From Rhina ancylostomus (Eukaryota): a stretch of DNA of 64,000 nt. The stretch lies in the NCBI GenBank assembly GCA_030265395.1, contig JARFYF010000001.1:135347406-135411405 (forward strand), written 5' to 3'. Shown in pieces: positions 52,277 through 64,000 of this stretch. How positions within the stretch are numbered: position 1 is the stretch's first letter; every line of letters begins with the position of its first letter. The notes beneath the pieces were generated by a model that was given only the letters and a program-made list of their open reading frames with translations, had not been told where the DNA came from and did not search any database. The position numbers were made by a program, and so were the translations under genes.

Positions 52277-53364
52277 NNNNNNNNNTATCTTAGGTTTATA
52301 TGCTGAAAGCTCCAACCCCCCCCCCCCCCCCCAAAGGTCTTTCAGCATGAATCATTGCAACAACCATACTCACTCTACTACTTCCACGTCCTGTTGACTA
52401 CCAGTTTCAAACATCAGGATCTTGGAATTTAGAAATTAATAGCGGAGACAGAGCACAACTCTGAAGCAGGCAGATTTCAGCTCTCAAGGATCAACATAAC
52501 ATCCCCAGTGCAACATCAAATATTAAAATGCATGAGTTAGTAAGCCAAAAATTCTAGGAAACAATATATACTACAAAATACATTCAAAAACTTTTCACTC
52601 ACTGATGATTTCAAGCCCCGAGATACTAACTACAACCAATGTACCATATATCCTACAATACTTCTGTTGTAGACTGTGTACAAAACTATGAAGGTCATGC
52701 ATAGGGCAGAGAGTGTCCAAGACTAGAGAGTATTGGTTGAAGGTGAAGAATAAGATTTAGAGATCCACAGAAGAATTTTTTCACCCACAGGGATGGTGGA
52801 GGAAGAGACTTACAAAATTTAAACATCTGGGCAAACATTTGAATCACTAAAGCATAGGGGGCTTTGGACAATGCCCAGGTCCAAAGTATGGTCAATACTT
52901 GATGGTTGGCATAGTTATTGTGGGTTGAAAATTTACACTGTAAATGCCACTAAAACAATAGTAGTGACTTACTGTTGACCAAGCACAAGGGACTGCATCT
53001 GAGCAACAGCCTGACAGTAACTGGAGGCTACCGTATCCTTGATGGAGAAAGGACATCAAAGCCTGTGCCATGTTGTTGCTGTCATCTATATAGCTTTGCA
53101 AGTGCATGTACCAACTCCACCAGTAGCAAACAAACACTGCAAATAAAATTTAGGCCCATCATAGATAAAGTTGAGAATATCAACAGTAACCCAGTGTACA
53201 AACATGTCCAACTAATGCAACTTGGCTACCATTTTCCCATATTATATTTCATTGTCAGTAACCAGACTTGGCAGAAATTCATGATTACACTATTGAAAGA
53301 TCTTCTCCACCAAGACATGGCCTCAGGTGCAAGCTCCACCTTCCATTATGCCATAGAAACTTAC

Positions 53365-53491
53365 CAAGAGTTGTGCCATCTTCTCCCATGATGCACTTCA
53401 TGGAGGCGATGATCTGTTCTGCAACAGGTGCAGACATTGAAGTAGCATAGACTGTACTGTGAGAATGTGAGCGAAGATAGTCCACAAGTTC
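53365..53491 (-). CDS. SPTLC2: SPTLC2 coding exon (equivalent to human exon 9)
   Basis: Acceptor ctgcatttcag|GAA, donor CTT G|gtaagt, 127 bp. [42 protein letters not shown](G). Phase 0 start matches the previous exon. Confidence 0.96.
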
Positions 53492-54849
53492 CTGAAATGC
53501 AGACACATATCTGTTGAACTATCTTGTGCCAGTTGATAAAGATCAGAATTAATGACTGGCTGGATTCTTGTAGACTCAAAGCTACCGAATTTGTCCAAAG
53601 CTTTACACAAACATTAGACTGCGATTATTTCTTACATAATTTTCAAAAATGCAGAGAAGCCCATTTTACTCAGTTGCAAATTTGACATTAAAGTTCCAAA
53701 TATCATTGACAATTGAAACCTTTACAAAAGAACTATATATGCATCCACATCATTTACCCTCTGAGCTGTTTAATTTTATTGAAACAAATTTTTTTGTTGC
53801 ACAACAAAAGATGTCTGCAGATCAGACATAGTTTTAATTTTGTGAAGGGAAAGGATGGGAAAATTTAGGAAATGAACCAATTGGTAACAAAATTCTCTCC
53901 AGTTGGTGCATATATAGAATGATAGGCAACAGGTTCCACCAACACCACTTGCCAGTAACCCTAACTCAGCTTTACAAAAACACTAATAATAAACCTATAC
54001 CAGTTACTAGTATTTAACATAAAACCTATTTCAGAGTTTCCATCAGGAATTTCCAGTAATATTGGACCAAGTCTGGAGTTTTAATAGGCAGTGGATGGCT
54101 TAAGATATTGGCTTGGTTCTTCAGGTTTGGAAGAGCAAGAAGGGGACACCCCAATTACTTGACTATTGTGAGACCTGTGGATCTTGTGCAACTGCACTGC
54201 TCACTTCTTGAACACTTCACTGTGAATCCTTCAACAACCCTCTATCATCCCTTTGTGGTACTTTCCTTTTGTTTCACTTTATTTGGAGGCAATGCCTGCA
54301 CTGCAACACAAGTGAACCATGTGGGTGATCCAGAAATCCATGCTCGATTCTTAACTCAGCTTTTCATCCCTTCAGTTCATTTGGAGGTAGGCACTCAGAT
54401 CAAAAGTTGTTATGCATTGACATCAAAATGAGATAATCAAATCTTCCTCCTGCTTACTGCAGAGCCTTTCCCTTTCAATTCACATTTGGCCTCATTCATT
54501 TGCTGATATTCAGGAGGCACAGAACCACTGTATACTTACTGATCTGAAACTTTGCTTTTGCTCCAACATCTGTCCAACAGCATGACCTTGCTGCCAACTC
54601 CTATCATGCTACAAAATCCCAGTTACATTTTCATCTGCACACCCTGGTCTCCCTTCACTGCCTTCCCTAGTGCATTCAAATTGCACTCATTCACCATGTC
54701 CCATAATGTTGTCACGAAACCAAAACTTCCTTACTGGGAGGCACGCTTAGCTTCCAAGTGCATTCATTGAGCCTTATAATTTCTTCTTATTCTCACAGCA
54801 ATTTTACATATGCTCTCCTTGCACAAAGTTTCAAGAACCATTTAAAATT

Positions 54850-55995
54850 TCAGATGATCAAAGCACAAGCATGGATTTGTAAAGGGGTAGGTCACATACA
54901 GGAATGTTGATATGGACTTCCAGAAAGCATTTCATAAATTTCCCCATAAAGAGACTGTTGAGTAAAGTTAAAAGTCTATGGCATTGAAGACAGATTTTTG
55001 ACCTGGACAAGAAACTGGTTGAAAATCACATGGATGCAAGAGTATTGAGCAGGTACTTAAAATAACTTATGACACCTCAAAGGTCTGCATTAAAGTTACA
55101 ACTAATATTAATAATTGAATTAGATGATACAATAGAAAGCAATGCCCAGGTTTGATGACAACAAGGACATGGCATTATTAAAATGTACACAGAAAAGTTT
55201 AATGTGTAGACACTAGTAGATTAAGCAATTGGACAACACTATGACAAATGGATTTCAACATTGGCAAAAGGGTAGAAATTTCTTTCTTTAAGCTGTGGAA
55301 GTCCAAAGAGACTGGACAGGTACGGGGGATTCTGTGTGGTTGGGGTTCACATAAATAGATCATGAAGTCACAAGCAGGTACCGAAAATAATGCAAAAAAC
55401 CCAGTGGAATGCTGGTGTTTATATCTAGATGATTGGAGTTCAAGGGATTCAAAGTTATATCACAGCTATACAAAGTCAGGGCAGCTATACAAAGCCTGGG
55501 TTAGACCACAGCTGGGGAACAGGGAGCAGTTTGGGACACCACACGAGGAAGGATACACTGGTCTTGGTGGGACTGTGGCAGAATGACACCTGTCTCAAAG
55601 TGTAAAGAGGGGAGATTAAAGAAATAGCCATTGAAATGAAATGTTAACTGTTTCCCACTCCAGCGATGCTGAGCATTTCCAGCATTTTCTGTTTTTAATT
55701 ACAGAAACCGGTGTTGTATTCTCTGAAATTTAGATTAAGGGGTAATTAAGGGAGCCTAGAACCAGGAAGCACGGCCAAAAAAATCAAAAGTTGGGCTTTC
55801 AGAATTATACCAAGGAAACACTTCTACACAGTATGATAACAGTCTGGAACTGTTAGATGTTAATTTTAAGTACAAGTTTCATGGATTTCTAATAACAATG
55901 TACTAAGGGCTATGGAAACATGGAATTGAGTCACAAATTAACTATGGCCTTTCTAAATGGGTGAATAGATTGAGGGGTTAAATAGCCTATTCTTA
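54850..55995 (+). mobile_element. Decayed CR1-type LINE RT and 3' region
   Basis: atggacttccagaaagcatttcataaa (MDFQKAF..), QLYKAWVRPQLG, and CR1 3' end motifs. Contains an inserted Penelope-type terminal repeat at ~55620-55700. Confidence 0.75.
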
Positions 55996-56569
55996 TGTGC
56001 TCATCTTTTCCTTGAGCAAAATTCAACTCAGATTCAAATACTGACCAATGCAACTACAAAACTTTAGCTCTATCCCCATTTTTAAGCTTGTTTTAATGCT
56101 GGTGTTCAAAGTGTTCCACTTTTTCCTACCCTTGGCTATTTAATAATCCTTTTATGCCACTTGCATCCATTACAGGCCAAGGTAATACTTACTCCTGCTC
56201 TCCATCTCACACTAGCATTTTGTTCCAGAGGATCAACATCTGCTAGGTTTTTCTTTACAATTTTTGTACCATCTAATTTCTTCTGCATTTAGCCAACGTG
56301 TTTGGAATACGATAATGTAAAATTAATTCCCTGGAATAATGTTGGACCCAAAGCCTTAATAAGAAACCATTTTGTAGAATAGTGCTGTATATCAATAGAT
56401 TGATATACAACACTAACAATACACCATTATCAAAATATTTTTTGGTAGTACTCTGTATCCGCACAAGTTAGATGAAGATCAAATTGTTCTTAATTGAGCT
56501 GGTGAGTCTAATCATCACGCAGCAGAATTAAATTTGCATTCGACAAAATCTTTGAAACATGCATATTTC

Positions 56570-56880
56570 CTTATGAGAGATGGCCATTCAGCCCAGTATG
56601 TCTATGCTGGCTCTCAGCAATCTCATTAATTGCACTCTCCCACTTATTTCTCTGTACTTTATTCTCTCAACTTCCCCCACCAACTGCACCAGGGCTAATT
56701 TACAATCAAGTTCTCAACAAGCACAGCTTTGGGACACAAGGGGAAACCAGAGCACCAAATGAAAACCTATGTGGTAAGAGAGAATGTGCAAACTCTACAT
56801 GGACAAGATCAGCAGTCAGGATCAAGACCAGGCTGCAAGACCCATGAAGCAACAGCTCTTTCTCTGCATCACTGTGCCCT
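56570..56880 (-). mobile_element. V-SINE/HE1-like SINE
   Basis: Same central domain (gggaaaccagagcacc...agagaatgtgcaaactc...gtcaggatcaa) as 37240-37525. Confidence 0.65.
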
Positions 56881-56952
56881 AAAGGCAGGCACACACTAAG
56901 TAAACAGAATTAGATTTCAACTCTGGCTGCACACGATCTGTTCTGTAGATCA

Positions 56953-56983
56953 CTGCTCCCATCTGGTGGATTCAGAATATTGC
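56953..56983 (-). promoter_or_regulatory. Candidate CTCF binding site with upstream module
   Basis: + strand CTGCTCCCATCTGGTGGATTCAGAATATTGCA: core CCATCTGGTGG and a TGCAATATT module about 6 bp away. Confidence 0.45.
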
Positions 56984-57889
56984 ATTATATAGCACTTCCC
57001 AAGTCTGTTTTACAGGTAATTGGCTAGGTGAGAAGTGCAAGTTACGTTATTGAATTGGGACAAAAACTGCAAAAGCAATAATTATCTCTGTCAAATTAGA
57101 CTGTTTGAGAAGAAATTTCTTGGCAAGGCATCTAAACATCATGTGGCTTGTGTTTAAATATAAATATAACACAAGACGCAATTCCAATTTTATATTTCAA
57201 GTTTTGTGCCTCAATACCAACACTCACATAGTCTTACCTCAATGACTTTAAGACACATTTGACTGCATGATAATGACCCAAGTGAAGAATTAGCCTGAGT
57301 TTCAGGTTAGCTTCCATTAACATCAGTGGTGCATTTATCACTTGCAGTACACATTAAACCAATTTAAATGTTCTCACTAACAACTGAAAGCACTGCAGTA
57401 GATTTACTCAGATTAAATTTGAACAGAAATTTTAGTTAGGTGCTTAGTTTTGGATTCCAAAATAAGGTCAACAGCAAACATATTGCAACAGCATATCTAG
57501 TGATTGCCAGGTGGTGGCGATATTGAGCAATAATAATGCTGCATTCTCTTCCACTACAATTCTATTAAAGAAACTTGTTTTTAAAGTTTTAAAATTGGAG
57601 ACAATTTAATTTTCTTTTAAACTATATTAGATTACATAAATTAGGGTTTCAAGCACCTTCAGTGCCCATAATTTTTGTGCTTAGCTGGATGTTTGGCTTC
57701 AACATTAAATCACCACCACATTTAAGTGAATCCAAACTGAAGTGTTGTGAAATCCATACAGATTGTTTCTATGCCTGAAATGGAGTAAACATCTCCTTCC
57801 CACTTCTGCCCCCATTGGGAGACATTAGCACTAAGCACTTTGCATTAGTTAATTTAGCAACCATGAAGGCAGCATATCATCGATGCCCT

Positions 57890-58056
57890 AGAAATTTCTA
57901 TAGATGTACAGTGGAAAGCATTCTGACTGATTGCATCATGTTCTGGTGTGGAAACTTCAATGCACTGGAATGCAAGAGGCTACAGAGAGTGGTGGACCCA
58001 GCCAATTCCATCAAGGGTACAGCTCTCCCCACCATCAAGGACACCTACAACATCAC
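57890..58056 (+). mobile_element. Rex1/Babar-type LINE fragment
   Basis: NFYRCTVESILTDCIMFWCGN...KRLQRVV motif. Confidence 0.8.
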
Positions 58057-58089
58057 TGGGGGAGGGGGGGGAGAAGAGTCATCTGGGAC

Positions 58090-58488
58090 TATATTCACTG
58101 CAATTCAGAAGAATGAGGGGATCTTATAGAAACAAAATTAAAGGGATAGATAAGATAGAAGCAGGAAGGTTATTTCCACCAGTAGGTGAAACTAGAACTA
58201 TGGGACGTAGCCTCAAGATTCAGTGGAAAACATTTAGGACAGAGGAGGAGAAACTGCTTTTCCAGAGAATAGTAAATCTGTGGAATTCATTGCCCAGGGA
58301 AGCAGTAGAGGCTACCTCATTAAATATACTTAAGACACAGTTAGATAGATATTTGCATAGTGGGGGATTTAAGGGTTATGGGGAAAAGGCAGGGAGGTGC
58401 AGCTGAGTCCATGGCCAGATCAGCCAGGATCTTATTGAATGATGGAACAGGCTCAATGGGCCAGATGGCCGCCTCCTGCTTCTATTCC
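58090..58488 (+). mobile_element. CR1-type LINE 3' end (relatively young)
   Basis: GIDKIEAGRLFPPVGETRTMGRSLKI...FQRIVNLWNSLPREAVEATSLNILKTQLDRYL is the canonical CR1 ORF2 C-terminus. Confidence 0.9.
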
Positions 58489-59662
58489 NNNNNNNNNNNN
58501 NNNNNNNNNNNNNNNNNNNNNNNNNNNNNNNNNNNNNNNNNNNNNNNNNNNNNNNNNNNNNNNNNNNNNNNNNNNNNNNNNNNNNNNNNNNNNNNNNNNN
58601 NNNNNNNNNNNNNNNNNNNNNNNNNNNNNNNNNNNNNNNNNNNNNNNNNNNNNNNNNNNNNNNNNNNNNNNNNNNNNNNNNNNNNNNNNNNNNNNNNNNN
58701 NNNNNNNNNNNNNNNNNNNNNNNNNNNNNNNNNNNNNNNNNNNNNNNNNNNNNNNNNNNNNNNNNNNNNNNNNNNNNNNNNNNNNNNNNNNNNNNNNNNN
58801 NNNNNNNNNNNNNNNNNNNNNNNNNNNNNNNNNNNNNNNNNNNNNNNNNNNNNNNNNNNNNNNNNNNNNNNNNNNNNNNNNNNNNNNNNNNNNNNNNNNN
58901 NNNNNNNNNNNNNNNNNNNNNNNNNNNNNNNNNNNNNNNNNNNNNNNNNNNNNNNNNNNNNNNNNNNNNNNNNNNNNNNNNNNNNNNNNNNNNNNNNNNN
59001 NNNNNNNNNNNNNNNNNNNNNNNNNNNNNNNNNNNNNNNNAGGGGGGGAAACATTAGCTATTTCTTTCCACAGTTGCTGCCAGACCTGTGTTTTTCCACC
59101 ATTTGTATTTGTCAGGAGATGCAAGTAGAAGATAAGAGTTCAGGAATAGCACGAGAGGGAAAAAAAGCTGGAACTATGAGATACAACACCAGAGAAGCCC
59201 AAGCTCCTGACGATCTGATTCACCATCCCACTTTATGTCCTTTTATACTGTTCCAAAGCCCAACATCACAAAGAAAACAATGTAATCTTTTGACTTGTCA
59301 TGTTACAGTTCTCTGGACTTAGTATTCATTTCAACTATTTCAGACAAGCAACCTTCCAGTTTGTAACAGAACTGACCAGCTTTGATAAAAGATCATTGAC
59401 CAAAAACATCAACTGTTTCTCTCCACAAAAGCCACTTGGCTTGAGTATTTTCTGCATTATTTCATTCCTCCAACATCTGCAGTTTGCCTTTCATCTGGTT
59501 TAAGAACAGTGAAATATATATTGCTTCTAATGCAAGGGAGGTAATTGAGCTCCTTGGTATAAACTAACAACCAACATCCAAGAGGAAGATGGATGCAAAC
59601 ACTGGATCTGTTATGACACTTCATAAAACGATTTGATGTGGGGAGGCAGAGACAAATTATTA

Positions 59663-59932
<270 letters not shown>

Positions 59933-60439
59933 TCATTGCTAACTTANNNNNNNTCAACTAGTCTTAAGAGTCCTTTGAATTCAAAGACCAGAAATTTATT
60001 AATTTGAGAAGAGCATTTTGAGCACAAATTACATGTTCTCATTATGGATTTTGTCAACAATTAACATGCTTTCAATGAGAATTCCCAAAGTACACCAAGT
60101 CTCTGATGTTATCAATGAAACTAATGCCAATTTAATGTTATTGCAACCTAAATGATTTCTTTGATAGAGTATCATCATGCCAGGTCTGCAGATATTGTAC
60201 TGCTCATTAGGTCTGTCCATGACACACCAGTCAAGAAACAGGCAAGCTGCCTCAAAGTGTAAACAAAAGTCACTGCACATTCCTTAGTTCCTTGCATTTC
60301 ATGGTGTGAACTTGGGCTGTTAGCAACTAGTGTGGTGGCATCACAGTTGCCCATAAAATCTGACACCAGCATAGATCATAAGGCAGTAATTTTGGTAAAT
60401 ACAGGGAGTCTGTGTGCTCTGCATTGTAGCAGAGACCAG

Positions 60440-62385
60440 AATACTAGAGACAAATGCACACTACAACTGAAAATATGGATAGAAATAAGAAGGGTGGTGA
60501 CTTTGATGGGATTATGTTTAAATGTCTTTAAAGTGGCAGGACATACTGAGAGCTGTTAAAGAGCACATGGGGGTTCTGAAATAGAGACATTGTAATGAAT
60601 GCAGGGAGGTTATTTCATATTTTGTATTTTGCTTTGATCATTCAGTCCATCAAGTTAATGCTGGCCTTAATTCCATTCCTCAACTTACCTCCCTGCAACC
60701 TCTCTTTCAACCAACTTCCTGGCTGTCCTACCACTCACCTACACACTAGCAGTAATTTACAGTAATCAATTAACTTACTAACTAGCACAATGTTTGATAT
60801 AAAGGAGACTGGAACACTCGGGGAAAACAAAGATGGTCACAGGGAGAATGCTCAAACACCAGAGACAACACCAGAGGTCAGTATTGAACATAGGTGCCAG
60901 TGCTGTTCTGCCATCTTATGTTGAACCATAAGACACTGGTTAAGTCACTAGCTAAGCATAATATTCAATTTTAGGATAAATATGGAGAGCCTAGAAAAAA
61001 ATGCAGAAAACATTTATTAAAATGGTTCCAGGAAGTGATTTAAGTTACCAAATTAGACTGGAAAAGTTAGGCTGGTTCCCTTTGGATCCAAGGTGGCTGA
61101 GAGGAGGCATGGTAGAAGTGTACAATTTCATGATAGAAACTGTTTCCATCATGAGCACCAGGGGATAAAGATTCACTGAAGTTGAGAGAGCAGGGAGGAA
61201 GGAGGCTGAGAAGGATTTAAAAAAAATGTAGTGTACTGTTATGATCTGGAGTTTGTTGTGGAGAAAATGGCAAAACCAGAAGTCAATCATGGCTTTCAGT
61301 AGGGAAATGGATCAGCCCTAAAAGGAAAATTATTTCCAAAGATAAGATGGGGAATAGGAGAAAACAAATCGCTCTACATGAAGTCAGGTTGGACTCCATG
61401 GACATCTTCTGGACCAATATGATACTTTAATATTCTTGTGCTACATGACTCAGCAGTCCATTGTAACCCCATTTCTGATCCTTGAGCATACAACCTAAAA
61501 GCCCAGAAGCAGTTTGAACAGCCAGGTAGTGGTACATTCTGCTTATAATGAAAATCAAAGACTGACCATAAAGTTTACTTCTATGAGGCAACCTAAATAC
61601 ATTGGGATGAAGTGCTACTCAGAGGTGCAGATTGGTACCCAACATATAGGTCAACATGTTATATGCTCACCTGACCCCACCTAGTTATTTGAAACAATTC
61701 CCCAAAATACTGTCATTTATAGTGCTGTTTAGATGAAAAACCTAGGTGCACTGATTAAGATTGCAGACTACATGAAATTTTTAGATAGGGAGGAAGGTTG
61801 TCAAAGGATACAGCAGGATATAGATCAGTTGGAAATTTGGGCAGAGAAATGACAGGCAAGTTTAATCCGGAGTGAGAGGTGTTACTTTGAGAGGTCAAAT
61901 ACAAGAGGAAAATAAATAAATAAAAGTAAATGCCAGGGTCCTTAGGAGCATTAATGTACAGAGGGATCTTGAGGTGCAAGGCCATAACTCTAAAAACAGC
62001 AATACAAGTAGATGGGGCACTAAAGGTGGCAAAGATATGCTCACCTGAATTGGTGTGTATTTGCTACAAGGAGAGGTTGGACAAACTTGGATTGTTTTCT
62101 CAGTAGAATCAGAGACTGAGGGTTGACTTGATAGAAGTATATAAAATTATGAGACATGGATAGGGTAGATAGCCTGAGTCTTCCTCAGTGTGGAAGTGTG
62201 AGAGCATGCCAGCAGAAGTGGTAGCAGATACAATAGCAATGTTTAGGAGGCATTTAAGCAGACAGGGAATAGAGAGATATGGACCTCGTGGAGGCAGATG
62301 GGATTTGTTAGATTGGCATTATGGTCAGCACAGACATGGCGGGCTGAAGGGTCTGTCTCCGTGCTGTACTGTTTTAGGTTCTAAA
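60440..62385 (+). mobile_element. Cluster of CR1-type LINE fragments (60440-61420 old copy with nested SINE; 61745-62385 second copy)
   Basis: ggatacagcaggatatagatcagttggaaatttgggcagagaaatg, agagggatcttgaggtgcaag, gacttgatagaagtatataaaattatgag, and a CR1 3'UTR. Confidence 0.75.
60650..60915 (-). mobile_element. V-SINE/HE1-like SINE
   Basis: gactggaacactcggggaaaac...ggtcacagggagaatgctcaaac...gaggtcagtattgaac, similar to the other copies. Confidence 0.65.
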
Positions 62386-64000
62386 TGGCTGCACTGCTTG
62401 CCAAAGCTATTTACTACATCTAAAGTTCCAAGATGATTAAGATGCAATGAGAGCTTATCAGTTCAGTCTTGGGAATTTGATCAGGTTAGTTTTGTCTTTC
62501 CGAAATATGTATGTCAACGTGCTGATTAGCTGCTGCGGTATCAGTTACCTGACAAATTCCATTTTCACTAGCATGTCAGTTCAACAGCAGCATCACAAAT
62601 TAACAGCCAGACTGCCAAATGCATTGAATACAAATAGCATGCTTCTGCACTGATAAAACTAGAAACTACTGTTGCAAAAATAACTTACTTCCAGAATGCC
62701 ATTTTAGAAAAGGATTGGGGGGGGGGGGGGGGGGGGGGNNNNNNNNNNNNNNNNNNNNNNNNNNNNNNNNAAGTTAGAGATAAGCAAAATGTTCGCTTTA
62801 GGTAAAATGTAAGCTGAAGTGTTTTTCATTTCATTTCATAAACATTTACCAAAACGTACAATTAGACAGAGCCTTTATCTGTTTTGTGCAATTTTCAGTT
62901 GTTCCATTCGCAAGGAAACACTTGCTTGTTCACGTTACCAGAGTGATGCTGGTGAATAGGAAACCAGAGGATAGACGAAGCTATTTTTGGATAGGAAGAC
63001 AATTATTGCTGACAGTAGATTTTGAGAAGTCCATTTTTATTTTAAGACCAAGGGATACAGACAAATTTGAATTCCGCTTAAGACAGCATTGGTAGTTAAT
63101 TAGTTTAGTGTAAATGAAAGAGGTTAGTCTGATCTTGGAGTGTAGTGTGTGAAAAATTATCTAGCAATTGAAATACATACCTTGAAAGGATGAAAACTGC
63201 ACTCCTACATGGAATTTCTGCAAATTAACACATTTCCACACACAAAACAGGAAAATAAATCTGCAGCAAGAGCCTTTAGCAATGAAGAATATCTTAATAG
63301 CATAAGTGTGAAAAAGAAAGGACCAATCAAAATGGCAAGTTAATGAGGCAGATCTTAAAAGGTTGAAGAGCGAATTTAGAGGGGACCTGGTTGACAGAAG
63401 GTATAGCTACAGATAACCAGAGAAAAGGAACAGAAAGTGCAATAGGTTTTAAACAACAGAATAGGCAGTTTGACAGGTGGGACTGGAAGCTGTTACACAT
63501 TTAGACTGGACAGAAAATTGTGGCAGCAACATTACAAAAATGTTAAATATTAGCACATTTGGTAAATAAGAATTCCAGAATGTTTTGCTGATAAAGTACA
63601 ACACTGCCAATTTAATTACATTTGGACAGCTTCAGCCAAAAGTAGGACATTCTTAAGCAAAACCCATTATCAAGCTTCAGCTCGATTAAACTCCGGCTTT
63701 CATCCAGATGTTCAGCACAAGGTCACAGCAGGAAGGCGACTGGTGGGGAATTCGGGGGAGAATGGAGAGGTAGGTGCAGAGTGATGACATTAATGTGCAC
63801 AAGAGAGAAATAAGTGGGAGAATGGGATTGCTCAGAACCAGTGCAAACTCTATGGGCCAAGTTGGCTGTTATGTCTGAAGTAAATATGAAAAAAGAGAAT
63901 GAAAAGTAGTGACTTTATCACAGCACTCCCAAATTCTAAACTTTCCCCCCCACATCCCTCCTTCACTTTGCCATCTTAGCTAGACAGTTCGCATTGTGTT

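Noticed and set aside
52142-52348. Poly-proline ORF or G-quadruplex from the poly-G run (similar run at ~62717-62738)
   Set aside because: Homopolymer abutting an N gap with a duplicated flank is typical of a sequencing or assembly artefact.

Overview
Vertebrate genomic DNA from a gapped short-read scaffold. The repeat content (CR1-type LINEs, V-SINE/HE1-like and Deu-domain SINEs, Rex/Babar, Penelope-like elements) points to a cartilaginous fish, possibly a ray; this is an inference. The window holds the 3' half of SPTLC2 (serine palmitoyltransferase long-chain base subunit 2) on the minus strand. Five coding exons (220, 127, 136, 130 and 120 bp) have canonical GT-AG boundaries and splice in frame, covering the PLP-binding GTFTKSFG motif, the PATP loop and the C-terminus, with the stop at 8299-8301. 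A ~34 kb intron separates two of them. A repeat-poor ~6.6 kb tract after the stop looks like a long 3'UTR with a likely poly(A) signal at 1683-1688. Almost all other listed ORFs are spurious, N-gap artefacts or retroelement debris. The most notable non-coding signals are: a dispersed family of Penelope-like terminal repeats carrying minimal hammerhead-ribozyme motifs (best copy 12334-12371, on the SPTLC2 sense strand), several in inverted pairs; a CTCF-like site with an upstream module; a CpG-retaining intronic patch; and a small TIR-bounded MITE. I see no strong evidence for a wholly new biological system. Repeat boundaries are approximate.
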